A DNA stretch of 64,000 nt. Origin: Mobula hypostoma (Eukaryota). The DNA lies in NCBI RefSeq assembly GCF_963921235.1, contig NC_086109.1:24492001-24556000 (forward strand). Reading direction: 5' to 3'. Position 1 is the stretch's first letter, and every line of letters begins with the position of its first letter. Made by a program: the position numbers and the translations under genes. Positions 1 through 10,545 of the stretch are shown here, piece by piece. The notes below the pieces were generated by a model. The model did not search any database. It was not told the origin of the DNA and saw only the letters and a program-made list of their open reading frames with translations.

Positions 1-399
1 ATGACTGGCTAGTTTGAGAGAGGCCACATTAAATGGTTTCTGTTTCCTTGTCAGTTCTGAACTAATTGATGTTGAAGGGAACAGATGTCCTCCAGGATAT
101 TACAAAACTGAGTCAGTGAATTGTTAAAATGACTCAGCATGCTAGCAGTTTTGGTCAAAAAAGAATCTGGAAAAAATCCAACTCAGATCCAAGTTCAGCA
201 TCATGTTGTAAGAACCAAATTTTATTCTTCCTTTCAGTCAGGTACCTGAGATAGAATAGAGGGTGGTATTAATTGAAAGGATCCAGGCTTTTTATTGGCA
301 CTTAATGGGGGTCCAAGAAACCTCCTAATTGTTATTGAAGTCATACTCTGCCAAAATTATAGACTTACATATATCTATAAACAGCCCCTCATTGTCTTT

Positions 400-950
400 C
401 CGAAAATTTCTGATGAATTACTTTGAAATGCAACATTTGTTGCTATGTGGATAAACAGCCAACTATTTTGCACAGAGAAAGCTCCCACAACACCAAAGAT
501 GAATGATCAGTTAAATCTGTTTGGTGGTGTTGGTTGATGAAGGAATGTTGGCCAGAACACCCGGAGTATGCCTTGCACTTCATACTCTTCACACAAAGAG
601 TGCTCAACGTCTGGAAAACATTTCAACATCGAGAAGCTGAGGCAACAACTCTGGAATCATTTAAGAAACAATTTAATGTTACAGTGATTGAGTGATGGGG
701 GTGGGGAATGTTAGGAGCTCTCTGGGCGGATCAACTAAGTTGGGCCAGATGACCCGATTGTCTTTCATTCTCCATGCTAAGGGACCTTCACAGCTTGCTT
801 GTAATGCCAGAATAGGCAGATAGAGCCCTGTTCCACGCAGACAACAACATGAAACTCCCTTAGTGCTAGGCTGGGGCCGACAGGATTAGGAGTTCGTCTT
901 GCACAGCCATCTGACCAGAGGTGATAGGGCACTGAATTGAGGCAGGCCCA
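400..950 (-). mobile_element. Highly decayed Deu-domain SINE-like remnant
   Basis: Segments such as gctcccacaacaccaaagatgaatgatcagttaaatctgtttggtggtgttggttgatgaaggaatgttggccagaacacc resemble the reverse strand of DeuSINE bodies as I recall them; heavily diverged. Confidence 0.3.
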
Positions 951-1539
951 ATATTACCACAATGAAATAGAAGATATATATTTTTTTAAATTTAAGAATG
1001 GATTGAATAATTAATTGCTGCTATCTTAACAGCCCCACTTTCAAAGTACGGGGAATTCAGAATGCACACTGCATCTGTGAACAAAGCGATAGGAGATTAT
1101 CAATTACTTCTGGCTCATACTCTTTTAGCTGTCAGTCTGATTCCAATTCCAGGGCCAGATGGAATAACAGCTTAGAATTACCTTAATCCATCACAAATAA
1201 CTCAGGGACATATGACAGCTACTGTTCAGAACAATAAAAAATTCTGTTTAAAAATTCTATTGTATAATGCAGAATCCATGCCTTTTGCTGGAATGATATA
1301 TGAGAGCAACCATTTCCGGGTTGCATGGTGTTACTCAGAAAATTGGACTGGGAACTTCCTGGCATGAATCACTCTTGCTATAGTGAGCATTGATTTTGAA
1401 GAATTGTGGGGGAACTTGGACTATGTGGTTCTGGGATCACCAATAATAAAGCTATCCCATTAAAAAAAGTATATTTTTGCATAGAGTGCCAGACCAGGGC
1501 ATCCGTTAAGCAAGTAAGTTATCTTTTGTTGCCATAACA

Positions 1540-2216
1540 ACAACCATTTACTCAATGTCAGCAAGACCAAGGAAATGATTATTGACTTCAGGAAGAGGAA
1601 ACTAGAGGTCCATGAACCGGTACTTATCGGAGGATCAGAGATGGAGAGGGTCAGTAACTTTAAATTGCTCTGTGTTAACATTTTGGTGGGTTAGGGTTAG
1701 CACGTAAGTGCAATTATGAAGAAAGCACAGCAGCACCTCTACTTTCTTAGGAGTTTGTGTGACACCTAAAACTTTGACAAACTTCTATAGTTTGTCACCC
1801 AATTTCCCTCGGGATCAATAAAGTATATCTATCTATCTATAGATGTGAGGTGGAGAGTATAGTGACTGGCTGCATCACACCTGGTATGGAAACATCAATG
1901 CCCTTGAATGGAAACCTACTAAAAGTAGTGGATACGGCCCAGTCCATCACAGTTAAAGCCCTCCCCTCCATTGTCACAGGAAAGCAGCGTCCATCATCAG
2001 GGAACTTCACCACCTAGAGCATGCTCTCTTCTTGCTGCTACCATCAGGAAAAATGTATAGGAGATTCAAGACTCACACAAGCAGGTTTAGGAATAGTTAT
2101 TACCCGTCAATCATCAGGCTCTTGAACCAAAGGGGATAACATCACTCAACTTCACTTGTTCCATCATTGAAAGGTTCCCACAATCTATGGACTCACTTTC
2201 AAAACCACTTCATCAC
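1540..2216 (+). mobile_element. Rex1/Babar-type LINE, 3' part of RT and start of 3' UTR (left half, split by the LTR element)
   Basis: Translates in pieces to LNVSKTKEMIIDFRKRK...ERVSNFKLL, GCITPGMET-like and LLPSGKMYRRFKTHTSRFRNSYYP, homologous to 9315-10150; the UTR continues at 7396; a short second 3' tail (aataaagtatatctatctatct) is inserted at ~1791-1836. Confidence 0.7.
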
Positions 2217-2620
2217 TGTCATGGTCCTGATCGTCTATTCCCTAGTTTTGTCTAATTTTCTTTGATTGTGCCAATGTTCCAACCGTTAATTTCCCAATTG
2301 CTCCTAATTTTCTTTGACGACAGCATACCTGGTTTCCATCAGGACCTGCAGTATAAGAACCCAGGCGTTACAACCGCTAGTTGCCAGATCGTTGGTTTTG
2401 CCTGTGTGGTGATTAACATTTCCTGGCCGCTTAGGACCGTGTGTTCTAAGTTTTACTTCAGTTATAGGGTTTACCTATGAAAACCCGTCTCTCCGTATCA
2501 AGACTCCATGTCAAGGTCCCTCCTGTTTGCTGCCTAACGTTCACGTCCACGTAAGCGTTCTGACTCAATCTCCATGCCAGCGTCCTGCACTTTGGTTCAC
2601 TTCATTCGCTCATTGCAACG
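2217..2620 (+). repeat. 5' LTR
   Basis: Starts tgtcatggtcctgat and ends gcaacg (CA decayed to CG); colinear with 6992-7395, about 51 mismatches in 404 bp by manual count. Confidence 0.95.
2352..2393 (+). promoter_or_regulatory. LTR TATA-like box and presumed transcription start / self-primer
   Basis: tataag at 2352, then gccagatcgtt at 2383-2393, 31 nt downstream; both identical in the 3' LTR. Confidence 0.6.
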
Positions 2621-2621
2621 G

Positions 2622-2632
2622 AACAATCTGAC
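2622..2632 (+). other. Self-priming primer-binding site (Tf1-type)
   Basis: aacaatctgac lies just after the 5' LTR, has no TGG tRNA-type start, and matches 9/11 the reverse complement of LTR 2383-2393. Confidence 0.7.
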
Positions 2633-2636
2633 CACA

Positions 2637-3800
2637 ATGGACCTAGTGGACACGAGTACCCTGCAGCAAGCCCTTGCCAGCCAGGGTTCCCTACTGGGTC
2701 TGCACGATCGACTCCTCCAGGATGTCATGGAGAAACTCCATTCCCTGTCTGCTAATGTAACGGAGATCGGTGACCAGGTGGACCATGTATCCACTCATTT
2801 TACCCCATCCACTCCTGGAACTCTGTCTACCCAGCCCAGACAGCCTGTAGTGGCAACCCCCTATGTGTCAGCAACAGCCCCTCTAAGAGAGCTGCACGTA
2901 CCTGAACCAGAAAACTATGCTGGGGATTTGGGGAAGTGCCAGGCCTTCCTTCTTCAATGCTCCTTGGTATTCGACCAGCGGTCATCCACGTACTCCACAG
3001 ATAAGTCAAAGATAGCTTATATCATGAGGTTGTTGTGGGAAAGTGCCTTAGCGTGGGCTACAGCTGTCTGGGATAATCAACTGGATATCTGCTCTTCTTT
3101 CCCCACCTTTATCACAGAAATGAGAAAGATCTGTGACCATCCTGTCCGTGGTAAAGATGCCGCTAAGCTTTTACTCTCTGTCCGTCAGGGCTCACGCAGC
3201 GTTGCCAAATATTTTGTGGAGTTCCGGACATTAGCAGCCATCTTGGGGTGGAATGCTGAGGCACTCCAAGGGGTATTTTGGAATGGTCTCAGCAACAGGG
3301 TGAAAGACCAGTTGGCAGCAAGAGATGACACCAACAGCCTGGATTCCTTAATCTCCCTAGCCACCAGGTGGGACAATCCTCTCCGAGAACACCATAGGGA
3401 AATATCTGGTCATCCTCCACCTTTGGCCACTCCACAGCACTCATTACTGTCTCCCACTAGCACAAGCCTCTCTTCTCCTCCTGCCCCTAGAATAGCTCCC
3501 AGCCCGGCCGTTTCCACTGCCCCGGGAGAGGAACCCGTGCACCTGGGATGGAACCTCCTTTCCCCCACAGAACGACTACGGAGATTCAGAGCGGGGGAAT
3601 GTCTCCATTGCGGCCAGTCCAGCCACTTCCGCGCTACCTGTCCCCTTCAGCCAAAAGGGAAGGCTCACCAGCAGAAAGGGGGCTCTGGTGAGCCAGACAA
3701 CATTCCCTTCCGTGCCCCGAACCAGGATGCAGATCCCGGCTACTTTATGTCACAACCAACAATCCCTGCCACTGTCAGCTCTAGTGGACGCCAGTGCTGA
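2637..3800 (+). pseudogene. gag: Retrotransposon Gag (sushi/PEG10-like capsid plus CCHC knuckle)
   Basis: Open frame from ATG 2637: PEPENYAGDLGKCQAFLLQC, RQGSRSVAKYFVEFRTLA, CLHCGQSSHFRATC; probably ended near 3674 originally (HQ-CAG, likely a former TAG). Confidence 0.9.
3651..3711 (+). other. Candidate gag-pol ribosomal frameshift stimulator (hairpin or H-type pseudoknot)
   Basis: Perfect 10-bp stem ggctcaccag (3662-3671) / ctggtgagcc (3685-3694); loop aaggg can pair with ccctt (3705-3709); preceded by ccaaaaggga. Confidence 0.6.
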
Positions 3801-6800
3801 GGGAAACCTTCTGGATGAAGACATAGCTCCCCGGGCCGGAATTCCTCGGAAGCCGTTGAGTACCCCTCTAGAAGCCTGGGCGCTAGACGGTTGACTTCTG
3901 GCCCAAGTCACACACTGCCCACCACTCCTGCCTCTTATTCTCTCCGGGAACCATCAGGAGCAGGTACAATTTAACCTAATTTCCTCTCCTCAAGCTCCTA
4001 TAGTTCTTGGTTAAGCCGCCATAATACCCACATTGACTGGTTCACTGGGAAGATAGCCAGTTGGAGTCCGTTCTGTCACTCCACTTGTCTTCAATCAGCC
4101 CTGTTCCCTGTGAAAGGCACCGCGACCCCATCTGCCTCTGGAACCCCTGACTTATCCAAGGTTCCAGCAGAGTATCACGACGTGGGGCAAGTGTTTAGTA
4201 AACAACGAGCCCTTTCCCTGCCTCCACACCGCCCTTACGATTGCGCAATTGACCTTCTCCCCGGAGCCCCTCTACCCAACAGTTGGCTGTATAACGTGCC
4301 CCGGCCAGAAAGGGAAGCAATGGAAGCTTACCTAAACGACTTTTTCGCAGCCGGCATTATCCGACCCTCATCCTCCCCTGCTGGCGCAGGTTTCTTCTTT
4401 GTGGGGAAGAAAGACGGTTCACTGCGCCCCTGCAGTGACCACTGAGGCCTAAATAGCATAACCGTAAAGAAAAAGTATCCACTGCCTCTTATCAACTCTG
4501 CTTTCGAACCACTTCACGGAGCCACCATCTTCCCCAAGTTGGACCTACAGGGTGCTATCATCTGGTCAGGATAAGGGAGGGAGATGAGTGGAAAACAGCG
4601 TTTAACACCCCTCTTGGTCACTTCGAATACTTGGTCATGCCATTCGGCCTCGCCAATGCCCCTGCTGTCTTCCAGGCCCTGATAAATGATGTCCTTAGGG
4701 ACTTCATTAACTGTTGCGTGTTTGTTTATTTGGATGACATCTTAATCTTCTCCGGCAGTCTTCAGGAACACACCCACCATGTCCGTCAGGTTCTGCAGAG
4801 GCTTTGGGAGAACAAACTATTCGTTAAAGCTGAGAAGTGTGAGATTCATGTCCCCTCAATCAGCTTCTTAGAGTACATCATCGAGAGCGGGCAAGTGAGG
4901 GCAGATCGCGAAAAGATCCGGGTGGTGTCGGAGTGGCCAAAACCCACGACACTCAAGCAACTCCAGTGATTTCTGGGGTTTGCAAACTTCCATCGTCACT
5001 TCAGCAGGGATTACAGCCGGGTGGCAGCATCCCTTACTTGACTCACCTCGCCTACGACCCATTTTCACTGGGACCCCGAAGCTGACTCAACATTCTCGGA
5101 GCTGAAGAGGCGTCTTGCTTCCGCTCCTATCCTGGTCCAACCCGACCCCTCTCACCAATTCATTGTGGAGGTCAATGCTTCTGACTCTGGGGTGGGAGCG
5201 GTCCTCTCCCAACGTTCCAGCCCTGACCAAAAACTTCATCCTTGTGCCTTCTTTTCTCACCGGCTCTCCCTCGCTGAACGAAATTACGATGTAGGAAACT
5301 GGGAGTTACTAGTTGTCAAACTTGCTTTGGAGGAGTGGAGGCACTGGCTGGAGGGAGCGGAACATCCGTTTATCGTCTGGACCGATCAGAAGAACCTTGC
5401 ATGTATCGAAACCGCCAAATGCCTAAATTCCTGCCAAGCTCGTTGGGCATTATTTTTTGGCCAGTTCAGATTCACACTTACCTATCATCCAGGGTCCAAG
5501 AATGAGAAGCCCGATGATCTCTCCCGTCAATACGTTTCCGAGGAGGGCCTTCCCAACCCCGAGACCATCTTTCCACCGTCCTATGTAGTGGCTGCTCTCA
5601 CCTGGGAGATCGAATCCATAGTCAAAGAGGCCCAACGGACTCAACCTGACCCAGACAATGGACCCTCCAATCACTTCTTTGTGCCTAACTCGGTTCGGTC
5701 TCAGGTCCTCCAGTGGGGGCACACTTCTTGTTTCGCCTGCCATCCCGGAATCGATTGGACTCTGTCCCTTCTGAAGAGACATTTCTGGTGGCCCTCCATG
5801 GACTCTGACACCTGTTCCTTCGTCTCTGCCTGTTCTGCTTGTGCCCGCGGAAAAGCCTCCCACCGACCCCCTGCTGGATTGCTTCATCCCCTACCTGTCC
5901 CTAGCTGCCCTTGGTCTCACATTGCACTGGATTTTGTTATGGGACTACCCCCTTCATATGGGAACACTGCCATATTCACCGTGGTAGACCGCTTTTCCAA
6001 AGCCGTGCACTTCGTAGTTCTTTCCAAACTCCCTACAGCCGACCTTCTCGTCCATCACATCTTCCGTCTGCATGGAATTCCCTCTGAGATTATTTCTGAC
6101 TGGGGTCCCCAATTCATCTCTCAAGTCTGGAGATCTTTTTGTCAAGCTCTTGGAGCCTCAATAAGTCTGCCATCTGGCTTTCATCTGCAGACAAACGGTC
6201 AAACAGAATGAGCAAACCAGGATTTGGAGGCAGCACTGTGCTGCATAACCGCCAACAACCCGTCTTCATGGAGCACCCATCTCACTTGGGTAGAGTATGC
6301 CCACAACTCCCTGGTCAGCACCGCCACTGGAATGTCTCCCTTCACATTCTCCTTCAGTTACCAACCCCCTCTGTTCTCCGCTCATGAAGATGACATTGCT
6401 GTGCCTTCAGTTCAGGTCCATCTCCGCCGCTGCCGCAAGATCTAGAAAGACACACGCACGGCCCTGCTCCACTCAGCCGACCGCAACCGGAGGATTTCTG
6501 ATTGCCATCGGAATCCTGCACCTGATTAGCGGCCTGGGCAGAAAGTTTGGCTCTCTTCTAAAGACATCCCCCTCAAGAATGAACCCAAAAAACTTACCCC
6601 TTGCTACCTGGGAGCATTCGAGATTGATAGTATAATCAACCCCTAGGCGGTCAGACTCAAACTGCCCAGATCCATGCACATTCATCCCATGATCCACGTC
6701 TCCCAATTGAAATTTGTATCTGTCAGCCCTTTGTGCCCTCCTGCCAGACCCCCTCCACCCACCCGGATCGTTGACGACTATCCAGCGTACACTGTCCGGC

Positions 6801-6990
6801 AAATACAGGATGTGTGCCGCCGAGGCAGAGGCCTCCAGTATCTGGTCGATTGGGAGGGATACGGTCCGGAGGAATGCTCCTGGATTGCCTGCTCCTTCAT
6901 CCTGGACCCTTCCATCATCCATGATTTCTATCGAGACAATCCGGACATGCCTGGTGGTTCCCCTGGAGGCTCCGGTTGGGGGAGGGGATA
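3688..6990 (+). pseudogene. pol: Retrotransposon Pol (protease, RT, RNase H, integrase, chromodomain), disrupted
   Basis: ALVDASAEGNLLD (PR); [14 protein letters not shown] and YLDD at 4727-4738 (RT); [13 protein letters not shown] (RH); H..H..CSAC and [18 protein letters not shown] (IN); [17 protein letters not shown] chromodomain ~6788-6930; split across at least 6 ORFs. Confidence 0.95.
6978..6988 (+). other. Polypurine tract
   Basis: gggggagggga just before the 3' LTR. Confidence 0.85.
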
Positions 6991-6991
6991 T

Positions 6992-7395
6992 TATCATGGT
7001 CCTGATAGTTTATTCCCTAGCTTCCTCTAATTTCCTTTGATTGTGCCATGGTTCCGACTGTTAATCTCCCAATTGCTCCTAATTTTCTTTGATGACAGCA
7101 CACCTGGTTTCTATCAGGACCTGCAGTATAAGAACCCTGGTGTTACAACCGCTAGTTGCCAGATCGTTGGCTTTACCTGTGTGGTGATTAATGTTTCTTG
7201 GCTGCATAGAACCGTGTGTTCTAAGTATTACTCCAGTTACAGGGTTTACCTATGAAAATCCATCTCTCCGTATCAAGGCTCCGTGTCAAGGTCCCTCCTG
7301 TTTGCTGTCCAACTTTCACGTCCGTGTAAGCATCCTAACTTAATCTCTGTGTCTGTGTCCTGCACTTGGATTCGCTTCATTCGCTCCTTGCAACA
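6992..7395 (+). repeat. 3' LTR
   Basis: tatcatggtcctgat...gcaaca, 404 bp, direct repeat of 2217-2620. Confidence 0.95.
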
Positions 7396-7600
7396 ATTCT
7401 TGATATTCTTGATATTTATTGCTTATTTATTTATTATTATTTCTTTCTTTTGTATTTGCTTAGCTTTGCTTTTTTTCGCACAGTGGTTGAACACCCAATT
7501 TGGTACGGTCTTTCATTGAGTATGCCTGCAAGAAAATGAATCTGAGTGTTGTATATGGTGACATATATGTACTTTGATAATAAATATACTTTGAGCTTTA
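7396..7600 (+). mobile_element. Rex1-type LINE 3' UTR (right half)
   Basis: T-rich UTR ending gtactttgataataaatatactttgagcttt; continues the element interrupted at 2216. Confidence 0.55.
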
Positions 7601-7872
7601 TATATCCATGAGCATCACCTCACCTCCCACTGACACTGACGTGTTCCTCCCCACTATTCCTCCAATCTCCAGTTCAATCAAACCACTCAATCCTCTGGAA
7701 TGCAACAGTCAGTGCTTTGGTATCCTAACCTATATGTTGCCAGTCCTGATGCTTACCCTATCCAGAGGCTGGTATTCTCTGTTCCATCAATGTGCTGGAC
7801 CTCTCCTGTGTCAGGGTTGCACAGCACAGGAATGGTTTCCTCAATATAATTTGTCCTTGCTGATTGTAGAAA

Positions 7873-8372
7873 GACCGTAAGACAGAGGAGCAGAATCAGG
7901 CCATTTGGCTGATCAAGTCTGGTCTGCCATTTCATGACGGCTGATTTATTTTCCCTCTCAACCCCATAATCCTGCTTTCCTCCTGTAACCTTTGATGCCC
8001 TCCCTAACCAAGAACCTATCAAGCTCTGCTTTAAATGTACCCAATGACCTGGCCTTCACAGCCATTTTGTAGCAAAGGATTCCACAGAATCACTAACCAC
8101 TGCTTAAAGAAATTCCTCCTTATCTCTGTTTTAAAAGATGTCATTGTACTGATGCTGTGTCCTAGACTCTCCACATCCAATTGCCTTGAACATTTGGTAA
8201 GTTTCAATGAGATTCCCCACCCCACAACCCCACCAGTAAATGCAGTCCCAGAGCCACCAAATGCTCTTTATACTGTATGTTAACACTTTTATTCCTGGGA
8301 CCATTCTCATAAATCTCCTCTTGACCCTCTTCAAAGCCAGCACATCCTTTCTTAGATATGGGGCTCAAGTAA
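7873..8372 (-). mobile_element. CR1 LINE 3' fragment
   Basis: Minus-strand ALKRVKRRFMRMVPG and FKTEIRRNFFKQWLVILWNPL; homologous to 20018-20533. Confidence 0.85.
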
Positions 8373-8755
8373 AGATCATGTCTATCTATGTTAGTTCTAT
8401 ATGCCTGCATTAATCCCTATTCCTTTCCCTATTCAAATGCATTTTAAGTGATGTAACTGGACTTTTCTGACCACGTTCCTCTCTTCTGCTTCCTAACACC
8501 AACTATTGGTCTCCTGCTCCCCTCATCATGCCCCTTAAGGCTGAATTATCGAGTCCATGGTCACCTCTCCTCCAACAAACTGATGGGTAACTATTCCCAA
8601 ACACAACTTTGGAAAGAAAGTAGCAGATATCGTGCACTTAGCTTCTTTGAAAGGTGGTTTAGGCACCATAGGTGCCTTTTCAGGCAGCTGATGTTATGAA
8701 ATTTGTCCATAATGAGATACCAGATACGGGACTTCACTCATACCTGAGGTCCAGA

Positions 8756-9245
8756 TAGGAGGAGTGACTGATAAATTTGTGGCCTAAGGTAGAAGGAGTC
8801 AATTTTAGAAAACCTAGCACATTTATTTTTCCTACATTTACACACTTAGTTCAACAGTCGTGGAGCACACGGAACACTTCTTTGTAGAAGTCGGCGTCTT
8901 GGACCTCCAGATAGTGGTCCACAGCAGGGGTGATTGATAAGTTCATAGCCTAAAGTAGAAGGAGATGAGGAGATACTTCAAACTTTTTGCATTTTCACTC
9001 AAAGAGTTGAACTGCACGTGCATGTAACGAGTGCTGTATATCTCATCTCCTTCTACTTTAGGCCACAAACTTATTAATCACCCTTGCTGTGGACCACTTC
9101 TACAAAGGAGGGATCTGTATGCTCCACGACTGCTGGACTAAATGTGTACATGTAGGAGGGGACTATGTTGAAACATAAATGTGCCAGATTTTCTAAAATT
9201 GACTCCTTCAACCTTAGGCCACGAACTTATCAATTACCCCTCGTA
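8756..9245. mobile_element. Mariner-type non-autonomous palindromic element with four TIR copies
   Basis: TA-flanked TIRs of consensus cgaggggtgattgataagttcgtggcctaagg at both ends, plus an internal inverted pair (~8925-8960 and ~9050-9087); related to 43818-44150. Confidence 0.8.
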
Positions 9246-9314
9246 CAATCTGCTTGACTATGTCTAGCCCACACGGTAGCTGTGTTGTTTGATGACAAAG
9301 GGAAATTGACCTCT

Positions 9315-10150
9315 GTGCGGCCTACAGGGACGAGGTCCAGCACCTGGCCACGTGGTGTGCTGACAACAACCTGGCCCTTGACACCCAGAAGACCAAGGAG
9401 ATCATTGTGAACTTCAGGCTTGCTAGGAGCCACACTCACATCCCCATCTACATAAACGGAGCTGTAGTGGAGCGTGTATCAAGCTTCAAATTCCTTGGTG
9501 TCCACATTTTCGAGGATCTCACCTGGTCCCTGAACTCCTCCATCCTGATCAAAAAGACGCAACAGCGCCTTTATTTCCTGCGGAGCATCAGGAAAGCTCA
9601 CCTCTGTCCCAGGATACTGACAGACTTTTACTGCTGTACCATTGAGAGCATACTCACCAACTGCATCTCAGTGTGGTATGGCAATTGTCCCGTATCGGAC
9701 CACAAAGCACTCCAGCGTGTGGTGAAAACTGCCCAGCGGATTAGCGGCACCTAATTGCCCACCATTGAGAACATCTACCATAAATGCTGCCTGGGCAGGG
9801 CGAAAAACATTACCAAGGATGCATCTCACCCTAACCATGGACTTTTTACTCTCCTCCCATCCGGTAGGCGCTACAGGAGCCTCCGCTCCCGCACCAGCAG
9901 GCACAGGAAGAGCTTCTTCCCTGAGGCTGTGACCCTGCTGAACCTCACATCACAGCGCTAAGCAGTATTGCACCCATATTGTACTGTCTCAGTACTTTTA
10001 TATTTGTGTGCTGTAGCACTTACTATTTATTTGTAGTTATTTTGTAAATAACACTATTCTTTGCATTTCTGGTTAGATGCTAACTGCATTTCATTGGCTT
10101 TGTATCTGTACTTGGCACAATGACAATAAAGTTGAATCTAATCTGATTGA
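9315..10150 (+). mobile_element. Rex1/Babar-type LINE, 5'-truncated, relatively well preserved
   Basis: ORFs 9407-9754 (VERVSSFKFLGVHI..QQRLYFLRSIRK..IESILTNCISVWYG) and 9755-9961 (LLPSGRRYRSLRSRTSR); tail aataaagttgaatctaatct. Confidence 0.9.
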
Positions 10151-10362
10151 CGGGATAACACAGATGGAGCTTCACGTTGTTCTACTTATGCTATACTTAC
10201 AGGTATGTATGTTTGCTGAGACCCTAATGCTGAAACCAAAAACTACTTCAATAATTTTCATCTAATAGGGAATAAAGTTCAAGAACAGAAACAAACCTTT
10301 AAAAAATAGGGAATCATTCTGTCTTATTTTTTCTTAATACACCCAGTTTCAGTCCTGTGGAG

Positions 10363-10545
10363 ACACGAGACTTCAGATAATGGAATATAGAGCAACATTC
10401 AAAATGTGGGAGGAATTGAACTGGTCAGGCAGCACCAATAGAGGGAAATAGATTATTGATGTATCAAGTCTTTACACTTTATAATACTTGTCTATTCCTT
10501 CCATGGATGCTGACTGACCTGCTGAGTTCCTCCAGCATCATGTGC
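10363..10545. mobile_element. Short head-to-head pair of PLE 3' ends (decayed)
   Basis: Left arm aaaatgtgggaggaattgaactggtcaggcagcacc is the approximate reverse complement of right arm gatgctgactgacctgctgagttcctccagcat. Confidence 0.6.

Larger units (their letters stand above)
2217..7395 (+). mobile_element. Full-length decayed Ty3/Gypsy LTR retrotransposon, Tf1/sushi chromovirus group
   Basis: Two 404-bp direct LTRs, gag with CCHC knuckle, PR-RT-RH-IN order, C-terminal chromodomain, PPT; several stops and frameshifts. Confidence 0.96.

Noticed and set aside
2574..2636. Gag start at ATG 2574
   Set aside because: It lies inside the 5' LTR and is GTG in the 3' LTR; ATG 2637 after the PBS is the plausible start.
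5450..6997. Antisense ORFs of 145 and 174 aa within pol
   Set aside because: Shadow frames of GC-rich coding sequence, with no motifs.
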